In this document: positions 1-11,175 of the stretch, in pieces
Layout of the letters: each line of letters begins with the position of its first letter
Position numbering within the stretch: position 1 is the first letter of the stretch
Source of the DNA: an uncultured Clostridia bacterium
GTDB lineage: Bacteria > Bacillota > Clostridia > Peptostreptococcales > Anaerovoracaceae
Reading direction: 5' to 3'
NCBI GenBank assembly: GCA_927797855.1
Contig: CAKMLH010000001.1
Span: 19,044-83,043, forward strand
DNA length: 64,000 nucleotides
Notes under the pieces: model-generated
Seen by the model: the letters and a program-made list of their open reading frames with translations, nothing else
The model's database searches: none
What the model was told of the DNA's origin: nothing
Translations under genes and position numbers: made by a program

Positions 1-2467
1 TGTTGTAACCTATTCTGAACCGCCTCTGAAGCATTGAAACAGATGCCTGTCCGCTTCTTACCACCAGTTCTATGGCTTCAGGAAGAAGCTCGTCGGTGTC
101 CTCTGACTTTTCGGCTCCATTGGTCCTCTCTATTCTGGTGAGAATATCTTCATTATAGGAAGCATTGCTGTCAACCTGGCTCTTTACAAAATCAATAACC
201 TTATGTACTTCACTGTCTGACACGAAAGCACCCTGGACACGTATAGGCTTTCCCATTCCCATAGGATTAAAGAGCATATCTCCTTTTCCTACCAGCTTCT
301 CAGCGCCCTGCATATCCAGTATTGTTCTGGAATCAACCTGAGAAGATACGGCAAAGGCTATCCTTGACGGTATATTCGCCTTTATAACACCTGTTATAAC
401 ATCAACTGAAGGTCTCTGGGTTGCAACAATTAGGTGCATTCCCGCAGCTCTTGCCATCTGTGCCAGACGGCATATGGACTCTTCTATCTGTGACGGTGCC
501 GCCATCATGAGATCTGCCAGCTCGTCTATTATTATAACCACCTGAGCCATGGCCTTTTCAGGTTCTTCATTGGCTTTAACATATTCATTATATGACTCCA
601 GGTCTCTGACTCCTTCTTCAGCAAACTTTTTATACCGGTCGGTCATTTCGGCAACTGCCCAGTTGAGCGCTGCTGCAGCTTTGGAAGGATCTGTCACCAC
701 CGGAATCAGAAGATGAGGTATTCCGTTATAGTTGCCAAGCTCTACCACCTTCGGATCCACCAGAATGAGCTTGACCTCATCGGGATTTGCCTTATAAAGC
801 AGGCTGGTTATGATTCCGTTAATGCATACAGACTTGCCTGAACCGGTGGAACCGGCAATAAGCAGGTGAGGCATTGCTTTAAGATCTGCAACTATGGCTT
901 TACCGCTTATATCCCTTCCTACCGCAAAAGTAATCTTTGATTTGCTGTTCCTGAATTCATCGGAATCGATAATTTCCCGCAGCCTTACCATAGTAACATT
1001 ATCATTTTCCACTTCAATTCCTACTGCAGCCTTGCCCGGAATCGGCGCCTCTATTCTTATGGATTTTGCCTCAAGATTAAGAGCAATATCGTCTGCCAGC
1101 CTTACTATGCTGTTAACTTTAACACCTACAGCAGGCTGAATTTCATACCTGGTAACAGTGGGACCCTGTGTTACCTGTACAACTCTCGCATCAACGTGAA
1201 AATTTCTGAGGGTCTCCTCCAGCTTCCGAGCCTTGGATGCCAAAAGACTGTTGTTTGTTCTTGCACCTCCTGATGAACGCTCCAGAAGACTGATTGGCGG
1301 TTTCTTATATTTCTTTACGGTCTGATGGGGATTCATTTCCTCAGCAGTTAGCATGGCTTCCCGCGCTTCTTTGTTTGAAAGCTTATCGGGAACATCCCGG
1401 TCATACACACCCTGTGAAATCATTCCGGCGGCAGCGGCCGTTCCTGCAGCTGCAGCTCCCGCGGCCATATTATCAAGTCCGAAACCTTCTTCTGTCTGTG
1501 TCTTATCTTCAAGGCCGGTTGTTGATGACTTCTGTCTTCCGAAGAGGCTGTCGTCATTCATATATTTCAAAATACTGTTTTTCTTTTCTGACGAGACAGG
1601 TCTGGCGGTGTGACTCGGCGGAATGTATTCATCCTGAGGCTGGCCGCTGCTTACGATTTTAATTTCGTGAGAAGCAGGCCGAGGGGTATCACGGAATTCG
1701 GATCCGATTCTTTTCTGTCCAGCCTGTGCAGACTGCGTTCCGGGAAGGTTGTTCATTACTGTCTGTATGCCCTGTTCATCTTCAGTGTCCATATCAAGAT
1801 GTGCGTGTTCTTTTATAAGTTTTCTTTCCTCAATCTTACTGCCTATCTTTTCGAAAAATCTTGAGACAGGTGTATTTATAATGAGCAGAAGGCAAATTAT
1901 GGTCACAACAACAGTAAAAATCCAGCAGCCGCCTTTTCCCAGCCACATTATGAGAACTGATCCCAGAAGCATTCCGAAGAATCCTCCGGAAAGCAGTTTT
2001 TCTCCGGAAACATAAAATCCCTTTACATCTTCCATTGACCATATTATCTTTTCAGGTTCAATAAACCTTATGGAATTCATAGTGCACAGCATCAGCAGCA
2101 TTACAAACAGCAGAACAATGGTTTCCACAGAAAAATGTGATGTCTGGCGTGCAAAAAGAAGAATTCCGAACAAAATAAGATAGAAAGGCAGCACATATGC
2201 CATAAAGCCGAAAAGGCCTTTAAGACCAAGTGCTATCATCTCTCCAAGCTTTCCGGCACCTCCCGTAAAGGATGCCACAACAAGAAATGCGCCGATTGCA
2301 ATTGTTATAATTGCCCATATTTCATCAATAACGCGCTTGTCGGCATTTTTCTTCGCCTGGATTTCCTGGGCCTTTGCTTTGGCATTAGCCTTTGAAGCAG
2401 TTTTTCCTTTTGTATTTTTGTTTTTAGAGCCGGGCGGCCTGCCCGGTCCTCTTTTTGTTTCAGCCAT
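1..2467 (-). CDS. ftsK: DNA translocase FtsK/SpoIIIE (3' end cut by the window edge)
   Basis: Hand translation of the minus strand from the ATG at 2467 gives N-terminal TM segments followed by the motor domain. Motifs seen: AGSTGSGKS (Walker A), [13 protein letters not shown] (Walker B) and [12 protein letters not shown]. The start of the gamma domain ([14 protein letters not shown]) lies at position 1. There is no stop before the edge, which is why the ORF track does not list it. Confidence 0.93.
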   Translation of the reverse strand, partial: MAETKRGPGRPPGSKNKNTKGKTASKANAKAKAQEIQAKKNADKRVIDEIWAIITIAIGAFLVVASFTGGAGKLGEMIALGLKGLFGFMAYVLPFYLILFGILLFARQTSHFSVETIVLLFVMLLMLCTMNSIRFIEPEKIIWSMEDVKGFYVSGEKLLSGGFFGMLLGSVLIMWLGKGGCWIFTVVVTIICLLLIINTPVSRFFEKIGSKIEERKLIKEHAHLDMDTEDEQGIQTVMNNLPGTQSAQAGQKRIGSEFRDTPRPASHEIKIVSSGQPQDEYIPPSHTARPVSSEKKNSILKYMNDDSLFGRQKSSTTGLEDKTQTEEGFGLDNMAAGAAAAGTAAAAGMISQGVYDRDVPDKLSNKEAREAMLTAEEMNPHQTVKKYKKPPISLLERSSGGARTNNSLLASKARKLEETLRNFHVDARVVQVTQGPTVTRYEIQPAVGVKVNSIVRLADDIALNLEAKSIRIEAPIPGKAAVGIEVENDNVTMVRLREIIDSDEFRNSKSKITFAVGRDISGKAIVADLKAMPHLLIAGSTGSGKSVCINGIITSLLYKANPDEVKLILVDPKVVELGNYNGIPHLLIPVVTDPSKAAAALNWAVAEMTDRYKKFAEEGVRDLESYNEYVKANEEPEKAMAQVVIIIDELADLMMAAPSQIEESICRLAQMARAAGMHLIVATQRPSVDVITGVIKANIPSRIAFAVSSQVDSRTILDMQGAEKLVGKGDMLFNPMGMGKPIRVQGAFVSDSEVHKVIDFVKSQVDSNASYNEDILTRIERTNGAEKSEDTDELLPEAIELVVRSGQASVSMLQRRFRIGYN

Positions 2468-2515
2468 TTTATTATCTCCTGAATAATTCTTCTATAATAA
2501 TCGTATCTTAAGGTG

Positions 2516-3349
2516 CTATACGATGATGCTGTAAATTACAACAGCTGCACCTAAAGCCCACACATAATATGAAAAATAGCTGAGCTTCTTATCGGAAACA
2601 ATTTTAATCATAGTCTTTATTGCAATAAGTCCTGAAACGGCTGCTACAGCCATACCCACGATAATAGGACCTATCTGTGATATTTCAACGCCGGCAGCAA
2701 TGGCATCAGGCGTTTCCAATATAGCAGAACCCAGAATCGAAGGTATAGAAATAAGGAAAACGAACTTTACGGCAAATTTTCTGTCCAGATTGCAGATGAG
2801 GCTTCCGAACAGCGTAGAACCAGACCGGGAAATGCCGGGGCATATGGCAATTCCCTGAACTGTACCTATAAATAGGGCGTTCCTGAAGTTCATTTTCTCT
2901 ATACCTCTGTTTGAACTTCCTGTCCTTTCTGCAAATACAAGCAAAAATCCTGTTATTATCAGTCCTATTCCGATAGGCAGAATCGATGTATATAATCTGT
3001 CAAAAATATCATTAAACAGAAGCCCTATTATGGCAGTGGGAATTGTTGCAACTATAATCATAATCCCAAGTTTTCTGACAGGGCGTTCCTCAAGCCTGAG
3101 TCCCTTTCCGGTGCAAAGGTCCTTAACGGTAAGACAAAGCTCAACTATAAGCTCCCATATGTCTCTCCAGTATACTATAAACACGGAAATAAGCGTTCCC
3201 ACATGTAGCAGAACTGCAAACAGAAGGACTTTGTCTTCGTTAATGTTAAACCACTGCTGCAGCAGTGCAAGATGACCGGAGCTGCTTATGGGCAGAAACT
3301 CGGCAAGACCCTGCACCAGCCCCAAAATAACCGCTTCAAAATATGTCAT
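2516..3349 (-). CDS. uppP: undecaprenyl-diphosphate phosphatase
   Basis: 277-aa polytopic membrane protein with the GLVQGLAEFLPISSSGHL signature of the BacA/UppP family. Confidence 0.92.
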   Translation of the reverse strand: MTYFEAVILGLVQGLAEFLPISSSGHLALLQQWFNINEDKVLLFAVLLHVGTLISVFIVYWRDIWELIVELCLTVKDLCTGKGLRLEERPVRKLGIMIIVATIPTAIIGLLFNDIFDRLYTSILPIGIGLIITGFLLVFAERTGSSNRGIEKMNFRNALFIGTVQGIAICPGISRSGSTLFGSLICNLDRKFAVKFVFLISIPSILGSAILETPDAIAAGVEISQIGPIIVGMAVAAVSGLIAIKTMIKIVSDKKLSYFSYYVWALGAAVVIYSIIV

Positions 3350-3371
3350 ATCTTTCCTCCGTCTTATTAAA

Positions 3372-4460
3372 TCAGCCTTTTTTTCCTATATATCCTTTTG
3401 CTTTCAGCGTTTCCGCGCATAATATCGCTCCTCCCGCTGCACCTCTGATTGTATTATGGGAAAGTCCTACAAATTTAAAATCGTATATGCTGTCCTCCCT
3501 GATTCTGCCGATGGAAATTCCCATGCCCTTATCTCTGTCCACATCGGCTTTTACCTGAGGTCTGTCGTCTTCATCAAAGTACTTGATGAACTGTTTAGGT
3601 GCCATAGGCAGGTCTGCCTCCTGAGGGAAACCCCTGTAGCTTTCCAGTTTTTCAATAAGCTGCTCCTTCGTCGGCTTATTCTTAAATTTTACAAAGGCAG
3701 CGGCGGTATGTCCGTTTAATACGGGCACTCTGAGGCACTGGCATGAAATCTTAGGCTCTTCTGCCTTTAAGATCACTCCGTCCTGTATTTTCCCCCAGAT
3801 CTTCAGAGGCTCCTGCTCGCTCTTTTCTTCTTCACCGCCAATGTAAGGGATGATATTTTCAACCATTTCAGGCCACGACTTAAAGTCCTTTCCTGCACCG
3901 GAAATTGCCTGATAAGTGGTGATTACACATTCATAAGGCTGAAATTCCTTCCAGGCTTCAAGGGCCGGCACATAGCTCTGTATGGAGCAGTTAGGCTTAA
4001 CAGCTATGAAACCGCGGCTGGTTCCCAGTCTCTTTTTCTGGTGCTCTATCACCTTAAAATGTTCCGGGTTGATTTCAGGAATCACCATAGGAACATCAGG
4101 CGTCCATCTGTGAGCGCTGTTATTGGACACTACAGGAGTCTCAGTCTTAGCATACGCTTCCTCGATAGATTTTATTTCATCTTTGCTCATGTCCACCGCA
4201 CTGAAAACGAAGTCAACTGTGGAGGCTACTTTCTCCACTTCGTTCACATTCATAATTTTTATCTTTTTAACGGCCTCAGGAACAGGAGTATCCATTTTCC
4301 ATCTCCCTTTTACAGCCTCTTCATATGTTAATCCCTCGCTTCTGGGGCTGGCAGCAATGGTTGTAACCTCAAACCATGGGTGATTTTCCAGAAGAGCGAT
4401 GAAACGCTGCCCCACCATTCCCGTACCGCCGAGAATTCCTACTCTCAATTTTTCTGTCAT
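3372..4460 (-). CDS. asd: aspartate-semialdehyde dehydrogenase
   Basis: 362 aa with an N-terminal GILGGTGMVGQRF dinucleotide fold and the KPNCSIQ active-site Cys region. It is divergent from dapA. Confidence 0.9.
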   Translation of the reverse strand: MTEKLRVGILGGTGMVGQRFIALLENHPWFEVTTIAASPRSEGLTYEEAVKGRWKMDTPVPEAVKKIKIMNVNEVEKVASTVDFVFSAVDMSKDEIKSIEEAYAKTETPVVSNNSAHRWTPDVPMVIPEINPEHFKVIEHQKKRLGTSRGFIAVKPNCSIQSYVPALEAWKEFQPYECVITTYQAISGAGKDFKSWPEMVENIIPYIGGEEEKSEQEPLKIWGKIQDGVILKAEEPKISCQCLRVPVLNGHTAAAFVKFKNKPTKEQLIEKLESYRGFPQEADLPMAPKQFIKYFDEDDRPQVKADVDRDKGMGISIGRIREDSIYDFKFVGLSHNTIRGAAGGAILCAETLKAKGYIGKKG

Positions 4461-4635
4461 TTCAAATACCTCTCTCTTTTATAATTATATGATTTTTGAT
4501 TAAGATTTTTATATACAGACTCAATACTTTATTTTAGCACTTTTCCTTTGATTTTTCAACAAAATCCCCCATACTGAATATAATAATTTATCAACAATTT
4601 TCGCAGAAATTCACTTAGAAAGGCGGTGTTTTTCC

Positions 4636-5514
4636 TTGATTATTTTTAAAGGTGCCGCAACAGCGATGATTACACCTTTTAAGGATGGCAAAATAGATTA
4701 CGTTTCCATGGGAAAGCTCATCGAATGGCAGATTGCAGAGGGAATTGATGCACTTGTAGTCTGCGGAACCACCGGGGAAGCTTCAACACTTTCTCCTAAA
4801 GAAAAAATAGATCTTATAAAATTCACGGTTGATCTGGTAAAAGGCCGTGTCCCTGTAATTGCAGGAACAGGAGGAAACTGTACAGAGACGGCTCTGGAGC
4901 TTTCATTAGAAGCAGAAGCACAAGGTGCGGACGGACTTCTTATAATTACACCTTATTACAATAAATGCACAGAAGCAGGTCTTATCACTCATTTTGAAAA
5001 AATAGCCGATGCAGTACATTCACCTATAATCATGTACTCTGTCCCTTCGAGAACAGGAGTGAATATGTCCGGCAAGGTTGTTGCCGCATTAAAATCTCAC
5101 CCGAACATAGTGGGCCTTAAGGAAGCATCGGGAAATATTTCTCAAATCTGTCAGATTGCAGCTCACATAAGCGATGATTTCAGCATATATTCCGGCAACG
5201 ATGACCAGACAGTGCCAATTCTGTCCCTTGGCGGTCTTGGATGTATATCTACAGTATCAAATATTGTTCCCGCACGTTACAGCCGCATGATACATCACTA
5301 TCTTGAAGGACGTGTTGCAGAGGCGGGAAAGGAGCAAATCGCTCTCAAGCCTCTCATTGATGCTGTCTTCAGTGAAGTAAATCCTATACCAATTAAAGCA
5401 GCTCTTTACATGATGGGAATGTGCAATCTGGAATACAGACTGCCGCTGTGTCCGCCGTCCAACAAGACTCAGTATCTGCTTTATGACGAATTATGTAATT
5501 TCGGACTTCTGTGA
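4636..5514 (+). CDS. dapA: 4-hydroxy-tetrahydrodipicolinate synthase
   Basis: 292 aa with a TTG start. FKGAATAMITPF, VCGTTGE and the overall DapA/NAL-family layout are present. Confidence 0.92.
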   Translation: MIIFKGAATAMITPFKDGKIDYVSMGKLIEWQIAEGIDALVVCGTTGEASTLSPKEKIDLIKFTVDLVKGRVPVIAGTGGNCTETALELSLEAEAQGADGLLIITPYYNKCTEAGLITHFEKIADAVHSPIIMYSVPSRTGVNMSGKVVAALKSHPNIVGLKEASGNISQICQIAAHISDDFSIYSGNDDQTVPILSLGGLGCISTVSNIVPARYSRMIHHYLEGRVAEAGKEQIALKPLIDAVFSEVNPIPIKAALYMMGMCNLEYRLPLCPPSNKTQYLLYDELCNFGLL

Positions 5515-6213
5515 TTGATATAACAAAACATTTTGAATGCTTTTAACCCTGATGATTCCCTTCGCTGCTGTAAACTTCACATCCCAATCACCATAGGTCA
5601 TGCCGTACACCCTTTCCGGGTCGTCCTGATAGCGGGGCCGGGGATCCTGCGCCAGAAGCCCCTTTATAACTTCAAGTTCATTTGGAGGAACCATATCAAT
5701 GAAATTGCCATCTTCTTTATTTGTATCAAAGATGACCCGGGCTCCTGTATCTTCTATTCTTTGCGCAAATCCGCCTCTTGCATCAGTCTTTGCCTCCGAA
5801 TAAGGAAGGTATGGCTTGATATCATATATTGGTGTGCCGTCCAGTATGTCGGCGCCGGATATATGAAGTACAGGACCTTTCCTGTTGTCATATTCTATGC
5901 CTTCCAGCTTCACCAGGGAAAGGCCGATAGGATTGGGACGGAATGGAGAGCGTGATGCAAAAACTCCGACTCTTTTGTTTCCTCCCAGGCGAGGCGGTCT
6001 GACCGTAGGCGACCAGTCATCCCTCACGGACTCAGAAAACTGCCATATCAGCCAGATGTGTGAAAATTCTTCCAGGCCTCTGACCGCATCGGCATTGTTA
6101 TACGGATGCTCAAAAACTATCTGTCCGGGAGTTTCCACAAGACCGCTCTGCCTTGGAATGCCGAATTTTTCAGGAAAGCCGGTATGTATTCTTGCGATGG
6201 TTTTCAATTCCAT
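5491..6213 (-). CDS. trmO: tRNA (N6-threonylcarbamoyladenosine37-N6)-methyltransferase TrmO/TsaA
   Basis: 240 aa with the YaeB/TsaA motifs FSHIWLIWQF, RPPRLGG, FASRSPFRPNPIGLS and DGTPIYDIKPY. Confidence 0.85.
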   Translation of the reverse strand: MELKTIARIHTGFPEKFGIPRQSGLVETPGQIVFEHPYNNADAVRGLEEFSHIWLIWQFSESVRDDWSPTVRPPRLGGNKRVGVFASRSPFRPNPIGLSLVKLEGIEYDNRKGPVLHISGADILDGTPIYDIKPYLPYSEAKTDARGGFAQRIEDTGARVIFDTNKEDGNFIDMVPPNELEVIKGLLAQDPRPRYQDDPERVYGMTYGDWDVKFTAAKGIIRVKSIQNVLLYQSQKSEIT

Positions 6214-6252
6214 GAGAAGTATATCCTTTCTTCAAAACGCCATAATTTTCTG

Positions 6253-6280
6253 ACAAAAACGGCAGACCAAATGGTCTGCC
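6253..6280 (-). terminator. rho-independent terminator downstream of rpmF
   Basis: On the minus strand, GGCAGACC-ATTT-GGTCTGCC (6261-6280) is followed by GTTTTTGT. Confidence 0.8.
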
Positions 6281-6306
6281 GCTGCTGTTTCGTTATTCAA
6301 ATCAAA

Positions 6307-6489
6307 TTAAGCTTCAGTAGCTACTACTTCTTTGCCGTCATAGTAGTTGCAGTTAGGGCAAACTCTATGAGGAAGCTTAGGTTCGTGACACTGAGGGCAA
6401 ATGGATAAGCCCGGTGCTTTCATCTTCATATTAGCTGATTTTCTGCTGTTCTTCTTTGCCTTTGAAGTTCTACGTTTAGGTACTGCCAT
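6307..6489 (-). CDS. rpmF: 50S ribosomal protein L32
   Basis: 60 aa with the MAVPKRRTSKAKKN N-terminus and a CPQC...CPNC zinc ribbon. Confidence 0.95.
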   Translation of the reverse strand: MAVPKRRTSKAKKNSRKSANMKMKAPGLSICPQCHEPKLPHRVCPNCNYYDGKEVVATEA

Positions 6490-6554
6490 ATCTTAACACC
6501 TCCTTGTGAGTAATTGCACTTTATGTTAATCTTTAAATAGTCGTCAACTATTAG

Positions 6555-6584
6555 ATTATATACTGCAGCATCATATTTTGTCAA
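6555..6584 (-). promoter_or_regulatory. sigma-A type promoter for rpmF
   Basis: On the minus strand, TTGACA (6584-6579) is separated by an 18-nt spacer from TATAAT (6560-6555). A leader of about 60 nt and a GGAGG RBS follow. Confidence 0.6.
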
Positions 6585-6587
6585 CCA

Positions 6588-7790
6588 CTATTTTAAACCT
6601 TTTACGATGTTGTATGTATCTCTTGCAATCATCAGTTCCTCGTTGGTCGGTATAAGCAGAATCTTTACTCTTGAATCATCTGTTGAAATGATAGTTTCCT
6701 TTCCGCGGATCTTGTTCTTTACCAGATCAAGCTTGATGCCAAGATTACCCATCTCGTTGCAGATGAGTTCTCTCATGGAAACGTCGTTTTCTCCGACACC
6801 TGCAGTAAATACGATGGCATCTACTCCGTTCATTTCAGCCATATATGCTCCGATGTAGAATTTAACCTTATGAGCAAATACCTTTAAAGCCAGAGCAGCT
6901 CTTTCATTTCCTTCTGCAACTGCTTCTTCAAGATCTCTGAAGTCGCTGGAAACGCCGGAAATACCCAGAACGCCTGATTTCTTGTTGAGAATTTCATTAG
7001 CCTTGCCCATCGGGAGATTTTCCTTTTCCCTGATAAATGTTACGATGGCAGGGTCGATATCGCCGCAGCGTGTTCCCATTACAAGACCTTCAAGAGGAGT
7101 GAATCCCATGGATGTGTCCACACATTTTCCTCTCTTGATTGCGGATACAGAAGCACCGTTGCCCAGGTGGCAGGTTATAAGCTTAAGGTCTTCAAGGTTA
7201 ACATTAAGCATTTCTGAAGCTCTCTGCGCAACATACTTGTGTGAAGTACCGTGGAAGCCGTATCTTCTTACGCCGTACTTTGTATAGTATTCGTAAGGAA
7301 GAGCATAAATATATGATTCAGGCGGCATAGTCTGATGGAATGCGGTGTCGAAAACGCCCACCATAGGTGTATCCGGCATAAGCTCCTTACAAGCTGCAAT
7401 ACCTAAAAGGTTAGGCGGGTTGTGAAGAGGTGCCAGTGCAACGCATTCTTCAAGAGCCTTGATAACATCGTCGGTAATAAGAACGGAAGATGCAAACTTT
7501 TCACCTGCATGAACAACTCTATGTCCGACAGCACCGAGTTCTGACATGGATTTTATTACGCCATGTTCAGGATCCTGAATTGCAGCAAGAACCTGCTCAA
7601 TAGCATCCTTGTGATCTTTCATCGAAACCTCTGTCTTGATTTTGTCCTGTCCGATTTTTTCGTGTCCTATGACAGATCCGTCCATTCCGATTCTTTCTAC
7701 TAAGCCCTTGCAGAGCAGTGTTTCGCTTGTCATATCAAGAACCTGATACTTAAGTGAGGAACTGCCGCAGTTGATTACTAAAACTTTCAT
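6588..7790 (-). CDS. ackA: acetate kinase
   Basis: 400 aa with the [17 protein letters not shown]-terminus, [18 protein letters not shown] and IPTNEE motifs. Confidence 0.95.
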   Translation of the reverse strand: MKVLVINCGSSSLKYQVLDMTSETLLCKGLVERIGMDGSVIGHEKIGQDKIKTEVSMKDHKDAIEQVLAAIQDPEHGVIKSMSELGAVGHRVVHAGEKFASSVLITDDVIKALEECVALAPLHNPPNLLGIAACKELMPDTPMVGVFDTAFHQTMPPESYIYALPYEYYTKYGVRRYGFHGTSHKYVAQRASEMLNVNLEDLKLITCHLGNGASVSAIKRGKCVDTSMGFTPLEGLVMGTRCGDIDPAIVTFIREKENLPMGKANEILNKKSGVLGISGVSSDFRDLEEAVAEGNERAALALKVFAHKVKFYIGAYMAEMNGVDAIVFTAGVGENDVSMRELICNEMGNLGIKLDLVKNKIRGKETIISTDDSRVKILLIPTNEELMIARDTYNIVKGLK

Positions 7791-7867
7791 GATCTATATT
7801 TCCTCCATAAAATTAAATTAACAACGATAATTAGACCTGTATATTATACTCTCAAATTTTACCGATT

Positions 7868-9073
7868 TCAAGGACAAGTTTTGACTGCCGACGGCTTTTT
7901 CACATACTCGGAATCCATGTAGAGGTCCCGGCCGCATGCCAGATTGTAAATGTCTGAAGCCAAAATATCTTTTTGCAGTGCAGGGGCCGTTTCCGGGAAC
8001 GCCGGAGCATCTCTGTTTATATTTGTTATAATAGGCAAATGGCAGTTTCCCGACTTTTTGACCTGTTTGAGATATGAGCTTCCTCTTTCGTCAAAAGCAA
8101 GAATTCTGATGTAATTGGAAGCGGAAAGCACGTCCACCCTCTTTATTCCCAGCAAAGTATGGACCAGAACCCTTGCTACCCTTGTTCTGGTATAGCGCTT
8201 GGATTTAAGGTCTCTGATAATATCCTCATAGTTTTTCCAGAAGCGGACCCGTGCTTTCATAATATTTCCCAGGCCTTCCTCGCATCCGAATATTTCACTC
8301 AGTTCCTCAGAAGATGAAGAAAGAACCTTCTGTATTATCAGTGGTGTGAGCATTTCATTATCGGCAAAGTTCCCACTTCTTTTCTCAAGTATTTCCCGGG
8401 TAATAGACGGAACCAGCCGGGAAATATCACCCTGCTCTGCCAGAAGTTTTCTTACTGCTGTTGCCGAGGCAGGTCCTTCACATGCTTTCGTTTCGTGGTA
8501 GCCTGCTCCCAGGCGTTTTATAACAAGGGGTCGGGCCTTTTTCATATTTCTGATGTATTCTATTGCAAGAATGTTGTTCGGGCTTTCAATTATCTCTTCT
8601 GCCTCTTTTCCCAGCAAAGTACCTATGGCCCGGCTGCGGGCTTTAGGATATGACAGTCCCTCTTTTACAGATTTTTTTACGGATTCTTCAAGGAACCCGG
8701 CATTTCTTTCTATTTCCCGGGCAATTTCTGCCAGTTCTTCTTCATTTCCCGACTCACTTCCGAAAGCTATATTATCCACGCCCAGGGCTTCCAGAATTTC
8801 AACGCCGGCACGAGCAAAATACCCCGCATTGCTGCAGGCAAAAACTGCGGGCATTTCCACCACCAGATTTACCCCGTTTCTGACGGCCATTTCAGCTCTT
8901 GTCCACTTGTCCAGCAGTGCAGGCTCTCCTCTCTGAGTAAAATCCCCGCTTATTACGGACACGCAAACATCGGCCTCCGATTTTTCAAGGGCCTGCTCAA
9001 GATGGTACTTATGTCCGTTATGAAAAGGGTTGTATTCAGCTACTATGCCCACGGCTTTCATATTCTTTTCCAT
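7868..9073 (-). CDS. tmcAL: tRNA(Met) cytidine acetate ligase (YlbM/UPF0348 nucleotidyltransferase)
   Basis: 401 aa with the AEYNPFHNGHKYHL HxGH nucleotidyltransferase motif. An alternative ATG at 9061 (MKAVGIV) is possible. Confidence 0.85.
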   Translation of the reverse strand: MEKNMKAVGIVAEYNPFHNGHKYHLEQALEKSEADVCVSVISGDFTQRGEPALLDKWTRAEMAVRNGVNLVVEMPAVFACSNAGYFARAGVEILEALGVDNIAFGSESGNEEELAEIAREIERNAGFLEESVKKSVKEGLSYPKARSRAIGTLLGKEAEEIIESPNNILAIEYIRNMKKARPLVIKRLGAGYHETKACEGPASATAVRKLLAEQGDISRLVPSITREILEKRSGNFADNEMLTPLIIQKVLSSSSEELSEIFGCEEGLGNIMKARVRFWKNYEDIIRDLKSKRYTRTRVARVLVHTLLGIKRVDVLSASNYIRILAFDERGSSYLKQVKKSGNCHLPIITNINRDAPAFPETAPALQKDILASDIYNLACGRDLYMDSEYVKKPSAVKTCP

Positions 9074-9118
9074 GGTATATATTATACCCTATTCAGCCGA
9101 TGGATTCAACGATATGTG

Positions 9119-10027
9119 CTAAATAAATAATGCAAATACAGCGGCCAGAATCCCTGCAATTAGGCCATGAGTCAGCTTTATCTGAAGAATAGTTCCAAGC
9201 CCCAGTCCTGAGCCGGATGCCATTGATACGGACTGCCCTATGACAGAAAGCCCTCCGAAAGAAATTATAAACGAAGTAAGTACAGTTTTAAGGCCTATGC
9301 TTATATCACATATTCCAATCATATTGCTGCCTACAGTCATTTCGATTATTCCCTTTGCAAAAGCCGACCATGCCTCGCCCGGCAGCATCCGGAACAGTCC
9401 CAGACTTTCCATCAGCTCCATTGCTATCATAAAAAGTATCAGATACGCTAAAATCACTGCCATAGCCTTAAATCCTGCGATTATAGATGCGGTAAAGCTT
9501 TCCATGTAAGTAGTTCCCGCAATGCTCCTTTTTTGCGGAATTTCTTTCTCTGACCTTTCTTTTTTCTTTGGACACCTGTAAATCATACCGTTGAGAAGAG
9601 CACCCATGTAATGTGCCATAGCTGCCACCACTGCCGCCCTGGTATTTCCGAGGAAAGCCCCTACAGTTCCTATGATAAATGCTGGACCCGTTACAAGAGA
9701 ATAGCTGAGCACATGTTTTCCTTCATCAATGGTAAAGAAGCCCCTTGAAGTGAGATCTCCAACGATTTTCGCCCCCATAGGATATCCTGACATGAAAGCA
9801 ACAGCAAAGGGATACACTCTGAGAGGAAGCTTCTCGGGATTTCCCACTCTTTTGATAAAATCAGCGAAAATAAAAAAAGGCAGCAAAATCGGCACTATAG
9901 AGTTGGCCCAGATGACTATTGCAGTCTTTGAGCCCGACTCGGTCACCGCCGGAAATACTACCATCGCAGCAGCAAAACACGCAGCTGCAGTCATTATCAG
10001 TCTTTTTTCAAAATTCTTCGCTTTCAT
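9119..10027 (-). CDS. ylbJ: YlbJ-like sporulation integral membrane protein (nucleoside-recognition fold)
   Basis: 302-aa polytopic membrane protein. It lies immediately downstream of the ylbM homologue, as in Bacillus. The family assignment comes from composition and synteny only. Confidence 0.55.
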   Translation of the reverse strand: MKAKNFEKRLIMTAAACFAAAMVVFPAVTESGSKTAIVIWANSIVPILLPFFIFADFIKRVGNPEKLPLRVYPFAVAFMSGYPMGAKIVGDLTSRGFFTIDEGKHVLSYSLVTGPAFIIGTVGAFLGNTRAAVVAAMAHYMGALLNGMIYRCPKKKERSEKEIPQKRSIAGTTYMESFTASIIAGFKAMAVILAYLILFMIAMELMESLGLFRMLPGEAWSAFAKGIIEMTVGSNMIGICDISIGLKTVLTSFIISFGGLSVIGQSVSMASGSGLGLGTILQIKLTHGLIAGILAAVFALFI

Positions 10028-10112
10028 ACTAAAGTGTATGCTGCGCGGGCTGTTTTAAACCAGAGATGTTGTCAAAATGTGGAGTAATTTTTTCCGCCCT
10101 TGTCGATGGTAT

Positions 10113-11021
10113 TTATTTTGTTACCTTGTATCTCAGCCAGTTCTGATTTAATACAGACATTCCGCTGCTTGGTATCTTTTCATAAAGTTCCTGTGGATAA
10201 TCGGTGAGCCTGAAGCAGTACGTGCCGCCCTTTTCAAAGGAAAAAAGCTTCTTCGACTCCTTATATGGCTGATTGGCATCGATTTGAAGGGTCTCCAGTA
10301 CTGTTTTTCCATCTGTGTCGTACAACTTCAATGTCCCCGCTATTCCTGCAGTTTCCAGTACAATCTCACTATTGTCGTCTACAGTAAAAGGAAACTCATA
10401 TTCCTTGCCGGGCTCTGCGTAAAAGTACTGATATTTTTCTGCTTCCAATGTCAGGTCGCTGTCCAGAACATCGTACCAGCTGCTGTAAAGAAATACCCCT
10501 TCATCTGATTTGTCAGTGGTATAAACCGCAGCATAATAGGTTCCGGGCTGTAAAATCACCTGAATATTGGTTTTATACTCCGGATATTCGGACAGTTCCG
10601 CACCTTCCTCCATATGCCAGCTTGCATTAAAATTGTAGCCTGCATCTGCTTCTTCTATAGGCTCTTCCAATGTCTTATCCTTGTAGATTCCAAATCGGAT
10701 ATTTTCCATGTTAGAATCCACCGGCATATGCTGCATAAAGGCTGTGGGCTTCTCAATTATCAGTTCCCTGCGAAAACCGAATTTCCCAGGGATAGTTGAT
10801 TTTGTCAGCTGCTGTTTTTCCTGAAAATTGAGTTTCACCTCTCCGTCCTCGTAGGATTGTCTGTCAGCTTCGTTATTTGGAGTGAGCCTAATGCTGTCTT
10901 CTGGTTCTTTACAACCGGACATTTCCTGTTTGCTATTCACCGCAAAGATGATTCCCATCACAGAGACAATAACAATTAACACAATTAAAATGTACGTCAG
11001 GATCTTTCTGTTTTTAACCAT
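10113..11021 (-). CDS. hypothetical membrane-anchored protein
   Basis: 302 aa with an AGGAGG RBS 6 nt upstream of the ATG. One N-terminal TM helix (ILTYILIVLIVIVSVMGIIFAV) is followed by a soluble, beta-rich, Tyr/Glu-rich domain. I recognise no motif in it. Confidence 0.6.
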   Translation of the reverse strand: MVKNRKILTYILIVLIVIVSVMGIIFAVNSKQEMSGCKEPEDSIRLTPNNEADRQSYEDGEVKLNFQEKQQLTKSTIPGKFGFRRELIIEKPTAFMQHMPVDSNMENIRFGIYKDKTLEEPIEEADAGYNFNASWHMEEGAELSEYPEYKTNIQVILQPGTYYAAVYTTDKSDEGVFLYSSWYDVLDSDLTLEAEKYQYFYAEPGKEYEFPFTVDDNSEIVLETAGIAGTLKLYDTDGKTVLETLQIDANQPYKESKKLFSFEKGGTYCFRLTDYPQELYEKIPSSGMSVLNQNWLRYKVTK

Positions 11022-11132
11022 ATCGTACCTCCTGTCACTTTATAAGTTACAAGAACCTCATACAAAAACTCGTCTACCTTTATTTAGTGTTTTATTAAAT
11101 ATTATCATTTTTCTAAGGTTCTGACAACACAA

Positions 11133-11164
11133 CAAAAAATCTGACGGGTATTTTTCCCGCCAGA
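11133..11164 (-). terminator. rho-independent terminator after the Cys-rich small gene
   Basis: On the minus strand, TCTGGCGGG-AAAAATA-CCCGTCAGA (one G.U pair) is followed by TTTTTTG. Confidence 0.75.
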
Positions 11165-11175
11165 CATTTCACTCT

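Noticed and set aside
4461-4635. Possible lysine (L-box) riboswitch or other leader in the asd/dapA divergent spacer.
   Set aside because: The 175-bp region is AT-rich, lacks the conserved L-box helices and AGAGGCGC-type core, and is too short to hold a riboswitch plus two promoters.
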